Source: Nymphaea colorata
Lineage: Eukaryota
Direction: 5' to 3'
DNA: 64,000 nt
Assembly: GCF_008831285.2 (NCBI RefSeq)
Contig: NC_045138.2
Coordinates: 36,394,001-36,458,000, forward strand
Both the position numbers and the translations under genes were made by a program. A model generated the notes under the pieces. It saw only the letters and a list, made by a program, of their open reading frames with translations, did not search any database and had not been told where the DNA came from. Numbering within the stretch: position 1 is the stretch's first letter; every line of letters begins with the position of its first letter. Positions 27,863 through 40,235 of this stretch are shown piece after piece.

Positions 27863-28338
27863 ATGGGAAGACTACACGTGCTGCTCTTCCCATTTCCTGT
27901 GCAGGGCCATGTCAAGCCACTCAGGGAGTTGGCCCATTGCCTGGCAGAGGAAGGCTTCATGGTCACCTTTGTCAATTCCAATTTCATTCACTCCAGCATA
28001 GTGATGTCGCTGCCAGAGAAGTTCACCAGCGAGTACAGTGGGAGGATACGCTTGGTATCCATACCGGACGGTGTGGGCTCTCAGGAAGATGGATGGAACT
28101 TCAAAGAAACGTCGAAACGCCATCCTCCATGTCATGCCCTGGTTCTTAGAAGAGCTCATTCTGAAGATCAACGAGGACGAAAAGGAAAAGATGTCGTTCA
28201 TGATAGTTGATGGCTTGATCGGTGCTCTTCTAAGCGTTGCAGTGAAGCTAGAAATCAAGAGGGCAGGCTTCCGCTTGGTTATTAGCCATCGTCAAAAAAT
28301 TCCTTTGTTGCTTGCCACTGGAACCATAGATGAAAACG
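27863..28338 (+). pseudogene. UDP-glycosyltransferase (family 1, UGT83A-like) pseudogene, exon 1 only
   Basis: MGRLHVLLFPFPVQGHVKPLRELAHCLAEEGFMVTFVNSNF...IRLVSIPDG. A frameshift near 28114 leads into NAILHVMPWFLEELILKIN...GTIDENG followed by a GT donor. No PSPG-box exon was found downstream. Confidence 0.85.
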
Positions 28339-31300
28339 GTACATTGAATCTGTCTGCTCTTTATCTTGTTTCAGTTTAAATCTACTCTTTTTGACGAATA
28401 AGTTTATTAAGTTTTAAATGTAAAGCTTGTACGAGAGAACAATCGAGTTGCGGTTTCCAAATGTAAGATATGTGTAGGACAACGAATTGAATTGCATTTG
28501 TAGGCCAGAAAGTTTAGGCTGCTGCTTATCATTATTGCTATTCTTTCCCGAGTTCTGAACTCTCTTCCAGCAAGTGAAGACGTTTCAAACACATCCTTTC
28601 TCTGCCAGAAAATCAAAACTCTGGTAACCTGCAAAATCAGAAAAAAAAAAGGTTCTCTGTTTCTTAACATTGTAATTTTAGGGCTAGGCTGCAAAATTTG
28701 TGCACAAGTATTACTTGGGCTTGTACTTAGATATCTACCAAACTTCGAAATTTGTATATATGTTTCTGTGGAGAAAATCTTATCTAACTAAAGATTTAGG
28801 GGATAAAAGAGATAGGACCTATGACCTTAGGATATGTTTTGGGAAAAAGCTTCAAATTTCTTTTTCAAGAGGAAATTCATAGGATGAGACATATGCGATC
28901 ATTTCTTATGAATCACAACTAATTTGACTTTAGTGACAGACAGTATATTGCATTTTTTCTGTGCACGCTTGACATGTTTGCTGGCTTCTTTCTCAATCAC
29001 AGTGTTAACATCTTTTCATCTTCTTTTACGGCCAAATATTAATGTGGACGAACCCAAGAGTCGAATTTTACTTTTCTTTCTCAATTGAGAAACCGCCGAC
29101 AGATTTTTAGTATTATTTTCTTGGCATGTGTTGGGGTGAAGATAAATTATTCTTCGTTGCATGTCCTGCATGCAGGTTGTATTATTTAATTGTTTTAAAA
29201 GCCTTGCCCGCAAGGTTTCTGTTCCGGTGATTTGGCAGAGGCACGTGTGAACACCAATGTGGGTGCAAGTTCACACCAATCTCGGTGCAAGTTCACTGAA
29301 ATCGATGTAAAATTCATATGAACCCGAACGTGAGGCCACATGAGGATCAGAAATCGACATTGTTGGTAGGTTTCTATGAACCCGAACAGATTCAAAGTAC
29401 CAAGGATGTTATTGTTTTCTTCTGTAAAGAAAAGCCATTTCAACAGTCTCATGCATGAAATCTGTTAGCCAAAATTCAAATGGAAGCTTTAGCTGTAGGT
29501 AACACATAGTTTACCTTTACTGCTCTTTTTAATTAGACTTTCGTCCCTGTCTGTCGCATGGGATTTTCATTGATTGATTTCAAACTCCAATCCTTGCTAT
29601 AGCATCATGGTGATGATCAGAGGTTTCCATCAATTCCTGCTACAGGAACTATGCTCGCTGCATTAAGTTCGAACAGGATCTTTTATGAAGCCGATAGAAT
29701 TTTGGATTCAATACAAATATCGCAGCTTTAACTTGGATTCGGATACGCAATTGACCAACTTACCATATTCTTCAAGGTGCATAGGACCTGAATCCGATCA
29801 TGAATTGGGTTGGCAATGGGACCCTTCCAGCTTGTCATTCCTATCTCAATTCACATGGTTCTGTGCCGATGTTACCACACAGACAAGGAAACATCCCATC
29901 AAGAATTTTGTCGTCACATAAGATCATCATCTCCAAACAAATCTTTCCCAACTTTTCATAACACTATTTGCAACGTAAATTTACGACAGCATATAAATGT
30001 GCTGTCGTTTATGGCAGGACTTCGTGTCATATTTTTGTGGAAGACACATTAGGGTTCCTTTAAAACATATAATTAATGGAGGTATGGTTTGTCTGTCTTC
30101 GTGGACTAAGAGCCACTGGTTATATGCATCATGCTCGTGCACAAATTTGTTTTGGGTTCAAAATGACCAAAACAGAAATAAAAAAAATAACTATATAAGA
30201 CAATTTTTTTAAAAAAAAAAACCAAAATACCACACCCCTTAAAGTACAAAAAGACATTTTAAAAAAAAAAAAAAAACTACCAAAATACCACACTCCTTAA
30301 AGTAAAGAGACTATATAAGACATTTTTTCTAAAAAAAAAAAAATACCATTTCTTTTAAGGCCTCTCTAAGTTGAGTGCCCAACAGCGCATGCAACTCGTT
30401 CTCTCCTACTAAGGTAGTAGGTTTTGCAAGAAGTGTCCCACGAGCTCTTGTTTTTCACTTTTCTCTAACAGTATCCACCGCTTCCACCAGACCTACTTTT
30501 TGAAGAAACCAAAGTATTGAAACTTCCTAAGTCACAACTATAAACCATAATTTCAAAATGTATCCCAGGATCCCGTTAAAATAAAAATATATTTTTAAAT
30601 ATAAAATAATAAATAATTCATTTACACTATTGCAGCATCATAAACAGATCCGGGCCGACGGATGTCAATTTAATTTGTTTTTTTAATAACAAAATTTTAA
30701 ATTGTTAACCATCCGATAACATTTAAACATACACATATATAACACACAGGAAAACTTTGAAAAAGGACTTGTGATTCTCTTTCAAGAGTTTCGAAAAGAC
30801 GTGAAAAAAGCCACACAAAGAAAGATGTCTGTTCCAACCGCCGGTCTTAAGCACGTTGGATAAGAATCAAAAGTTGAAGAAAAAAAACATGGAAAGGCAA
30901 AAGAAAGCTGTCTGTCTCAACCGCCGGCCTCAAACATGTTCGTTAAGAAGCCCTGAATGAGTCCCGCGACAGGTAGATGCAGCAATTATTAATGTTAATG
31001 ATGCATCTTATGCGGCTACAAGCTTCCAGACGGCATGTTTTACCAACCAGTTTCTCTCGCACACTTCAATCACTTGTGTGAGAGGTTTTATTGATTTCTA
31101 AAAGAATACACACTTTGGAAGGTTCACCCGTTTCCTTATTTTTAAGATCACAATTGCTGTCAATGTCTTAACGATTTTCTTGGTTACACATTTGATCAAC
31201 CATATCGGCAACTGTTTTGGCCGCCCCAGTGGCGATCGTTATCTTCAATAGAGAACCAATTGATGTCCTTACTGTATGGGAAAAATTTTATTACTCTAGT

Positions 31301-31883
31301 ATCTATCGAAACCTCATTTTATTACTGTGGTAAAATTTCTCTTGTTGAGGCACAGTGAAAGGCTTATAAATAACCTGCATTTTTTGTAGGTGGGCAGGTT
31401 AGATTTGATTCAACCGTGTTGGTTACTGACAAAAAAAAAAATTTGACATAGAAATTAAACCAAAAAAGAGTCGTCGATCAAACAAAAATGATGCGGAAAA
31501 ACATGTTTAGAGATAAAGAATTTCCAGTCGCTAGCGAGAGAGAGGAGGCTGCCTTTTTCCCCCATTTGGGCTTTCGTTTTTTGTGTGGAATTAATTCCTT
31601 TGTCTGAGAAAATTCTCCAGTTTCTTTACAGGGAGAAATCGCCGATTTATTTTACATGTGGTTAACGTACATGGAAATTAATGTACTTGTTTCAGTCGTC
31701 CAACGGTGCATTAACTCATGTCAAAGGGAATGATTCACTACAGAACTAACCCATGGAAAGCCAATGCATTCAGCCACCTTCTCATAATATTATTGTTTGT
31801 CTTAAAGAGTAATGGGAAGTCCTCAAGGCCCTACACACACACACATACATACTTATACTCAAGGAACGACTAAACCCTCACAG

Positions 31884-34386
31884 TCAAGCATAGGCTTGAG
31901 GAGCCAACCTCGGCGTCGCCATGGCTTTGACCGCCACCGACTTCTGCAGCGCAATTCCAAAGGTCTCCGCCATGTCGACCTTCCCGCCGTCCGGCATCTT
32001 CCAGTCAAAGGCATGCACGAGTGAGCCCAGAATGTACTCCACCATCACGATTCCCATTCGGGTGCCGGCACAGATCCTCCGGCCCGCGCCGAAGGGGATG
32101 AGCTCGAAGTCGTTTCCACGGGGCTCGATCTTGCTCAGTTCCGGGGTCAAGAACCGGTCCGGGTTGAACTCAAGAGGCTTGTCCCAAACGTTGGGGTCCC
32201 TGCCCATGCCCCAAATGTTGACCATGAGCCTGGTGTTCTTGGGGATGTAGAAGCCGTTCACCTCACAGGGCTGGGTGGCCACGCGGGGTAGGTTCAGAGG
32301 GGTGGAAGGGTGCTTTCTGAAGGTCTCCTTGCATATGGCCTGGAAGTAGGGGAGCCGGCGTATGTCCGATTCCTCCAGTCTCCTCTCCCTGCCGATCACG
32401 CTGTCCATTTCCGCCTGAGCTCGCCTGAGGATCGCCGGACTGTAGAGCAACTCAGCCATCGCCCACTCTATTATGCTGGAAGATGTGTCCGTCCCTGCCG
32501 CGAACAGGTTCTGCAACAGCAATTCAAAAAAGCCGACGTTCAACAACTTCGACCACAATGTCGGTGCCGTTTGACTGCTCACACCCTTATTTACGAAACA
32601 TTAAATTGAAATAAAAAATGCTCTGACTCTTCCACCCACCCACCCATTACGTGGTGTTCCACCGTCACCATTATCTTAAATCTAGGTGATAGATTGATAA
32701 ATACGAAACCACCTCCGTAGGGGACAAAAATCAGATCTCTTAAATTTATGTTAAAAAATGTCTTAACAAAATGTAAACCTTTAATAAACACTAATTTTAT
32801 GTAAATCATGTTTTAGTTAAAGGGATTGATCTTTCTACTGTTAAAATTTGGTTGCTATAAGAGAAGTTCATTTCTTTTATTATTAAAAAACATTATCAAA
32901 GAAAGAAAATGACTAAGGTAAGATTATAACCTAATATATATTTTTCATGAAATCACAATTTTAAGACCATATATATAAGATAAGATTGCAAAAAAAAAAA
33001 AAAACTTTAATAATTAATTTTAGTGGGTCTCGTTTTTTGTTCCTTACTCATGTGGTCTATGATTTCTTCTACCAAGGCCCAAATGGTCTGTTACAAATAT
33101 GATTTTTACTACCAAAGCTTGACGTTATTGAATGCGTCTCATGATAACAATTGTTATATTATCGTGCTCCCTCATTTTTACTATTCAGTAAGATCAGTTT
33201 AACCTCCTGCAACTATAGCAAGCAGTACCCGAACATGGTGAAATATCATCTCTTTGCATACTTCAACATGTTCGAACCTGCAACTAGGGGCTAGCAGGAG
33301 AGTGCAGGCATTAAAAGATGTAGCTATTGCCTATCTTTTGCAGACGGAGAGCACGGCTGGCTTGCTATTTACCAGCAATAATGCCTTGATGTTGGTCATC
33401 GTGAGCTTCTCACCGTCGCCACCACCTTCAACAAAAAAACACAGTATACATGTCAAAGACTTATTGATTTGAAGGTTGAACTACAGCAAGTAGATGTTGG
33501 TACCTTTGACTTCATTGTCCGTTCGATACTGCATCACGGCGTCGAGCATGTCGGGCTTTCCCTTTCTCTCTTCTCGCGTGGCCTCGTGCTCCTCTATCAT
33601 CCTCCTGATCAGGGCGTCCCACTTAAGGTGCACCCTCTTCATGGCGCCCTCGATACCCTGCAGGTCCATCCACGCGATGGAGGGGATGAAGTCCCCCACG
33701 TTGAACAGCCCCGCCAACGTCATCAGCTCCACCACCATGACTTTAAACTCGCTCGACTCGCTCCCACCGCTCTCGAACACCCTCTTGCTCAGCATCACCA
33801 TCCCCATCATGTTCGCGATCCCGTAAGACAGCAGCTCCGGCACGTCCACCGCCTCCCCCCGGCGGGCGTGGTCCTGCACCGTCCTGAACATGTGCACCAT
33901 CTCCGCCCGCCGCACTGCCGCCCAGTCGTCGAGGGCCTTGCCGCCGAGCATGTGGAGGTTGCTCAGCTTGCGCAGCAGCTTCCACCTGGGCCCGTAGTCG
34001 GCGAAGACGAGGTCCTCCGCGTTGTACGCCATGTGGGTGGCGCCGGCGTTAGGAGGCCTGTTGGTGAAGGTGGTGTCGAGGGTCTTGAGGAAAGCCTTGG
34101 CGGCGGCAGGGCTGGAGGCCACGACCATGGCGCTGGTGCCCAGCTTCAGGTACATGACGGGGCCGTACACCTTGGCCAGCTCGAAAAGGGAGACATGGGG
34201 CATGCGTCCCAGTAATGGCAGGCAACCTATGAAGGGCCAACCCTTCGGTCCCGGAGGCAATGGCCGGCGGCCGGATACCGCCCGGAGGAGGTAGGAGAGA
34301 AAGAGGCGGGTTACCAGGAAGAGGACTATTCCTGCGATTACGTCGCGAAGGGAGAGAGATGTGGAAGACGCTAGCAGAGCACCCAT
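31884..34386 (-). CDS. CYP75A: Flavonoid 3',5'-hydroxylase CYP75A, copy C, 520 aa
   Basis: Exons 34386-33504, 33425-33373 and 32510-31884. The protein is identical to copy A except for 4 C-terminal residues (KSVAV vs KAVPV, PQAYA vs PHVYA). Confidence 0.95.
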
Positions 34387-34451
34387 CACTCTCTCGCTCT
34401 CTACTGTGGGGCTTTGAATTAATGAGAGTGGGATGTGAAGTGGTCTGGAAC

Positions 34452-34560
34452 GTTGATGTATATAAACAATATGAACAAGTGGAGGCTGAGATGAGCAGTC
34501 AAAGAGCTGCCGAGATTTACCGGTGAGCACGTGAGAGGGTTGGTTCCGACCTAACCCCTT
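34452..34560 (-). promoter_or_regulatory. Proximal promoter module of copy C (TATA-like, G-box, two AC/MYB elements); second copy at 35675-35785
   Basis: TATATAAA at ~34459, CACGTG at 34528-34533, ACCAACC on the minus strand at ~34538-34544, and ACCTAAC at 34549-34555. A near-identical block has CACGTG at 35754-35759. Confidence 0.6.
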
Positions 34561-34839
34561 CCTTCTTGCTTGTCTGTTGACGACAGTCATCACCTTCACG
34601 GCGCTCGCCATTAAAAAAAATGGCTACCTAGAGTTGTTTATCTCATTCTTTTGTTCGATTTACTTGATCTATCAATCTAATCATATGATCATTTTTTGTG
34701 GTGGAATTTACCGACCGACGTATAACATGGATCTAGCGAGTAGTTTTTAGGTTCAATCCTTAGCCGACCGAGGAAGATCAAAGATCTAGCGCACAAGCTG
34801 TGTAATGTCCGGTTTTCTCTTTGACGCAACTTCCTTTTT

Positions 34840-36784
34840 TTCTACACGAAAAAATCACAATGGGTGTGATGGACTTTGTTAAAGTAAAACCCCACACTAG
34901 TACCCGGAGTTGTATTATATTATATGTTAGGGATTGGGCCAACTAGTTAGGCTAACCTTAGTTATATTATATGTTAATCCGTCACCACCTCTGCTTAAAA
35001 ATTTGTGCATCAAAAAGTGTAATGATCAGAGTACCCCTGGTGAGTAAAAAAAGAGAAGTAAAAACTTTCATGTGTACAAGAAAAAAGCACTTAAAAAATT
35101 AAAAGTTTTAAAAAATACATTAAAAAACTCTCCAAAATACTCCAACTCCCTCTTTTCTCCAGTGCTTATCTATCACACTTTTGGATTACAATAAAATATA
35201 TATAATATTATATATATGTATATACAATATTAAATATAAATTTCTCGAACTCAGTCGGGTTGAATGGAACCCACTCAAGACCGTCGTGCTGTCCTGGCTC
35301 TCAATTTTTGGGCACCAATGTGTCCAAGCTAAGGCAAGGGCCATGGTTTCCTCTTTAGATTTAAAAAAGGAAAAGAAAAATATAGTTATAATTTTTAAAA
35401 TTTTATTTTAATACATTAAAAAAAATTACATTTTAACTTGTGTTAAAATTTTAAGACTATAATCCAATGTTTCCTACCAAAAACAACCAACCCCACGCTT
35501 AAAAAACTGGTATGAATATGTTGCCCTTTTCGACAGTTGGTCCCTCGACCGTTTACACCCTCAATGCAAAACATATTTTGCTCCACACTGGTTGAAATTC
35601 AGATGCAACAGTCGCATAGCTATGTGAAACTATCGAGGCATTGCATAACTCCGCTGGCCTGCAACTGGATTGAAATGTTGATGTATATAAACAATATGAA
35701 CAAGTGGAAGGCTGAGATGAGCAGTCAAAGAGCCGCCGAGATTTACCGGTGAGCACGTGAGAGGGTTGGTTCCGACCTAACCCCATCCTTCCTGGTACCA
35801 CTAGTCTTAGCATAAGATCAGTTCTTGGCGGCGTCGTCTTATGAAAGATAAGATCGTTCGAGATGGTGGAATTCAATTGAATGAAGGTTGTTTTTGGATG
35901 AACAGATTCTGCAGCGATGGTGCCCATGTAGTGATATTTATTAATGAACAGTTGGTCTTTTCAGGTAGATAAAACACGGCATCTCGAGCTCCGTCGAATC
36001 CAAGAAAGCTGAAGCCTCATCATCCGGTCGGGCTCGAGCTAGATCGGTTTTTTAAAATTTTTATTATGTTTTTTATATAAATATATTTAACATATATAAT
36101 TTTAACCTTTTTAAAACATAAACTGGACTGGCTTCATGTCAAGTTGTTATACTTTAACTTACACGTCCCTCATTTGCAGGTCGTCTACCAACCTTTTAAT
36201 TAATCACGTTGGACCAACCCCCTTGTATATTATAAGATCTTTCATCGTCTTTAAACGGAATTACTTTTGCATGATACGTAATCAACTATATTAAGCATGG
36301 TGCCAAAAATGTATAGCTGTTTTAATTTCTTCGCTTGCCTTTTCTTCATGCAAGTCGATTGTGTAAACAGTCTATTTTTAGTATTTAGAGTAACCTTCTA
36401 GATTTCCAACTCCATCAACTTTTTTTTTTTTTGGTTCTACACGGAAAAATCACAATGGGACTGAAGGACTTTGCGAAGGTAAAACCGCACACTGGTACCC
36501 GGAGCTTATGTCTGCTTCCACTTTACAGTCGTTAATGGTTGGGCTAACCTTAGTTATATGTGAATCCGTTTATATGCACCACCTCTGCATAAAAAATTGT
36601 GAATCAAAAAATGTAATGATCAGGATACCCCTGGTAAGTGAAAAAGAGAAATAAAAACTTTCATATAACAAGAAGAAAACGCTGAAAAAGTTAGAAGTTT
36701 AAAAAATACATTAAAAAAATCTCCAAAATACTTGGACTTCCTCTTTTTTCTATTCTAGTGCTTATCATACTTATATTTGGATTG

Positions 36785-36822
<38 letters not shown>

Positions 36823-37080
36823 TATTATTATTAAATATATCAAACTTAGTTGAATTGAATGGAGCTCACTCAAGCCAGTCCGACAACCAATGATGCTGTC
36901 GGACCAAGTACCAATGTACCCAAGCTTAAGCAACGGCCATGGTTTTTCCTTAGATTTAAAAAGAAAAATAAAAATTTAGCTATAATTTTAATATATTAAT
37001 TTTTAAAAAATTATATTTCAATTCCTTTAAAATTCTACACCTACCAGTTTCCTATCCAAAACACCTAACCCCAGGCTTAT
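34840..37080 (+). repeat. Diverged ~650-bp direct repeat upstream of copy C (34840-35500 and 36435-37080)
   Basis: Both copies start TTCTACACG.AAAAATCACAATGGG and end CCTA.C.AAAACA.C.AACCCCA.GCTTA, with colinear internal blocks. Confidence 0.8.
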
Positions 37081-37216
37081 ACACCGCTGTCCTCATTTGA
37101 CCAAATGGACGGATCATATTTGTGACAAAGCAATGTCTTTAAGAGAAATAATTCCATCTGCCGTACGAAAAGCCAAACTACCCATGCACCCTTTACAAAT
37201 AAAATATAAAATGTTT

Positions 37217-39760
37217 AGAGAGAGAGAAAGAGAGAGCCCATAAAATAGGAATATATAACAAAATTTGAGGACAAGAGGTCCCCTAAATACAAAAACAATC
37301 GGGAAACAACAAAATTACGCAAAAAACACAAGCAGGAGAAACAAATATACAATACAATGCACAGAAAAATAAGAGAGAAGAGGAAAGACGAAACGGCACA
37401 GTCACCCAACCGCAGTCAAGCGGCGGCGCTTTAACCAAATGGCGAACTGGATATCCCTTGCACAAGACGAGCCACAGAATCTGGTGAAGAGAAGGTGCCC
37501 CTGAAGACCCTGTTGTTGCGCTCCCCCCAAATGCGCCACCAATCTGAAATGAGCCACGGCCTCCAGACATTACCCCAGGAAGCAGTCAGGTGGGGGGAAG
37601 GACAAAAGAGGAAGAAAAGACGAATGGATGGTGGGTTTGGAAGATTACTAACAAGGGAAGGCCAAGTAGAAGCAATGACACTAGAGAAAAAAGAGCAAAA
37701 AGTAAAAAGGTGGACCCGAGACTCAGTCGCAACAAGACATAGGGGACACTGGTTAGCCAAACTGATGTCAAGGCGCTGTAGGTGATCAAAAGTGTTGATA
37801 TGACCAGTCAGAAGAAGCCAGACAAAAGCAATGGCTCGAGGAGATGGGCCAGGAGACCAAAGAGACCGGGGGGGAGTGACGCGACAGAAGGACCAAAGGA
37901 GGCCAGGTAGCAAGAAGAAAAAGTGAACTCACGGGTAGGTGAAAGGGGCCAGGATGGGGACGTGAACGATGAGAGGTCAGCAAGGCGGAGGAAAAGAGGA
38001 AGGACAGAAAGCATGTCGGACCAAAAGTGAGAGGGAGAGATGTGAGATATAGAACTATGCCAGACGCTAGGGGAAGGCAGGTCGAATTTTGAACTAATGA
38101 ATTGGGTGATGGGAGAATGTTCAGTAGCTAACCGCCACCACCAAGAACACAGGGAAGACTCGCAAGCCCGACTAAGGTTGGTAACCCCAGCACCCCCAAG
38201 AAGACGCGGAAAGGTAACCACATCCCAATGCGCAAGGCGATCTGAAGGTCGATCACCATCCCAAATAAACTTACGAATAAGCTTATCAAACCTACGCAAG
38301 ACAGCCACAGGAGGCCGAACGGCAGACAAAACATGGAGAGAAACCGACGCAAGGCAGTGCTTTGTCAAAGTAATCCGACCTGGAAGAGAAAGCAGCTTTC
38401 TCTGCCAACACTGAAGGCGATTCGTAAGCTTCTGCTCCACCCCATCCCAAAAAGAAGGAGCAGGAGGCGACAACGTAATCTGAAGCCCCAGATAGTCCAT
38501 GGGCAGGCTAGTAGCCTTACACCCAAAGCAAGCTTCCGCGAGAAGTACCGTGGCCGGATCCGCGTGAATGAGGGAGAGGTGACACTTGGCGGAATTGATA
38601 GAAAGACCCGAGATGAGCTCAAAGACCCGAAGGATGAGCCACGTTCTCACAACCTGCTGGCGAGAAGCACTGCCGAACAGGAGAAAATCATCAACATACT
38701 GAAGGGTGGAGAAGGACGGTAAGTGGGGGAGCGAATGAGGTGTGAGGAAGCCAACGACCGTTGCGTGATGGAAAAGCGCAGAAAAGCTCTCAGCAACCAA
38801 GTTGAAAAGCAAGGGCGATAACGGGCAACCTTGACGGAGGCCACGCTCGAGACAGAAGAAATCACCACACTTCCCATTGAAGGTGACCGCAAGCTGGGCC
38901 CCAGTGACAAGCGATATGATTCACTGCCTAAACGAAGGACCAAACGCAAGACGGGTGAGGAGGTCAGAAAGGAACTCCCAACTAACCGAGTCAAAAGCCT
39001 TAGAGATGTCCAACTTCAGGATGAATGAAGGTAGCCGTAGACAGTAAAGGGAGTGAACAACCTCATTGGCTAGGACAACCGCGTCCTGCAGACGCCGACC
39101 CTTGACAAAAGCAACCTGGAAGAGGTTAATGACTGAAGGCATGACAGGCGCAAGCCGCATAGAGAGCAACTTAGCAATAATCTTGTACGGCGTGCCTAGG
39201 ATGGAGATCGGGCGAAAGTGGGTGACGTCCGTAGGGTTAGGGCGCTTAGGCACCAGGACGCAGGTAGTTTGATTGAATTTCTTTAGGAAAATAGAATTGG
39301 AGGCGAACTCATCACAAAACGCAAACACATCCGCACTACAAACCTCCCAAAAAGTACGAAAAAATTCGACTGGGAAACCATCAATGCCAGGCGCCTTACC
39401 CGAGCCAAGGGCCCAGACCGCGTTCTTGATCTCTTGGTGTTGAAGGGCCGCTCAAGAGCGATCGCACAAGAGACAGAGAGAGAGGAGAGGTGAAAACCCG
39501 GCAGCGTGGCACGGAAGCGAAGAGGTTTAGAGTAGAAATCCTGGAAATGAGCGCTCAGGGCCGAGAGGATGTCATCACCAAGAAAAATCCTGCCCCCGAT
39601 ACCCATGGACTGGAGCAACGTCTGACGGCGCCTCTGAGAGGCGGCCAAGTTGAAGAATCTAGAGTTCTGGTTCCCATGCGCGAGCCAACCCAACCTAGAG
39701 CGTTGCTGCCAATGGATAGACTCTCTAATCCGCCACTCCTGGGCAAGACACTGCAGACAA
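37217..39760 (-). mobile_element. 5'-truncated, degenerate L1-clade LINE (ORF2 reverse transcriptase + zf-RVT)
   Basis: Minus-strand fragments: GWLAHGNQNSRFFN, FRPISILGTPYKIIAK, QVAFVKGRRLQD, KLDISKAFDSVSWEFL, LQYVDDFLLF, YLGL, CPLCLVATESRVHLF and WGERNNRVF. Stops and frameshifts are present. The 3' end runs into a CT-rich tail; the ends are approximate. Confidence 0.9.
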
Positions 39761-40203
39761 AAAAGACGGAAAGACTGATTCGCAGAAATATTATGAGAGG
39801 CCTGAAAAAAGTTCTAGCGTCGGATCACGGCCAAGCTAGACAGTTGATTTTTCGGTAATATGCAACAACTAATGAAAGAAGTTGACGTAACACCTTCAAT
39901 AAATCATGTAGCTGAGATAGGGTGACGAGGAGAGCAATTACCTCATCATGACGTGCCTATTGCTCTCAAGTCATTGACGGTGTACGGATTCCATTCGATG
40001 AAGACTCCTCCGCTAATATGCCGGCGGCGGCTTTGGAGTTGTTGTGTTTAGCAGTCTAGTAGCTGAGAGGAAGGTGGACAGATGTGATGGGCCCAACACT
40101 TTTCACTCACATGCCTGGATATGCCTTCCTTCACTTACTAGAATGGAGAAATTGGCCAACTGGGAGGGGTGGCCTGCAATTGTATTGTGGTGCACCAGGT
40201 TCG

Positions 40204-40235
<32 letters not shown>

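Noticed and set aside
34387..34611. 75-aa N-terminal extension of copy C in the ORF track
   Set aside because: It runs through the TATA/G-box promoter module, is not open in the homologous B region, and would displace the P450 membrane anchor.
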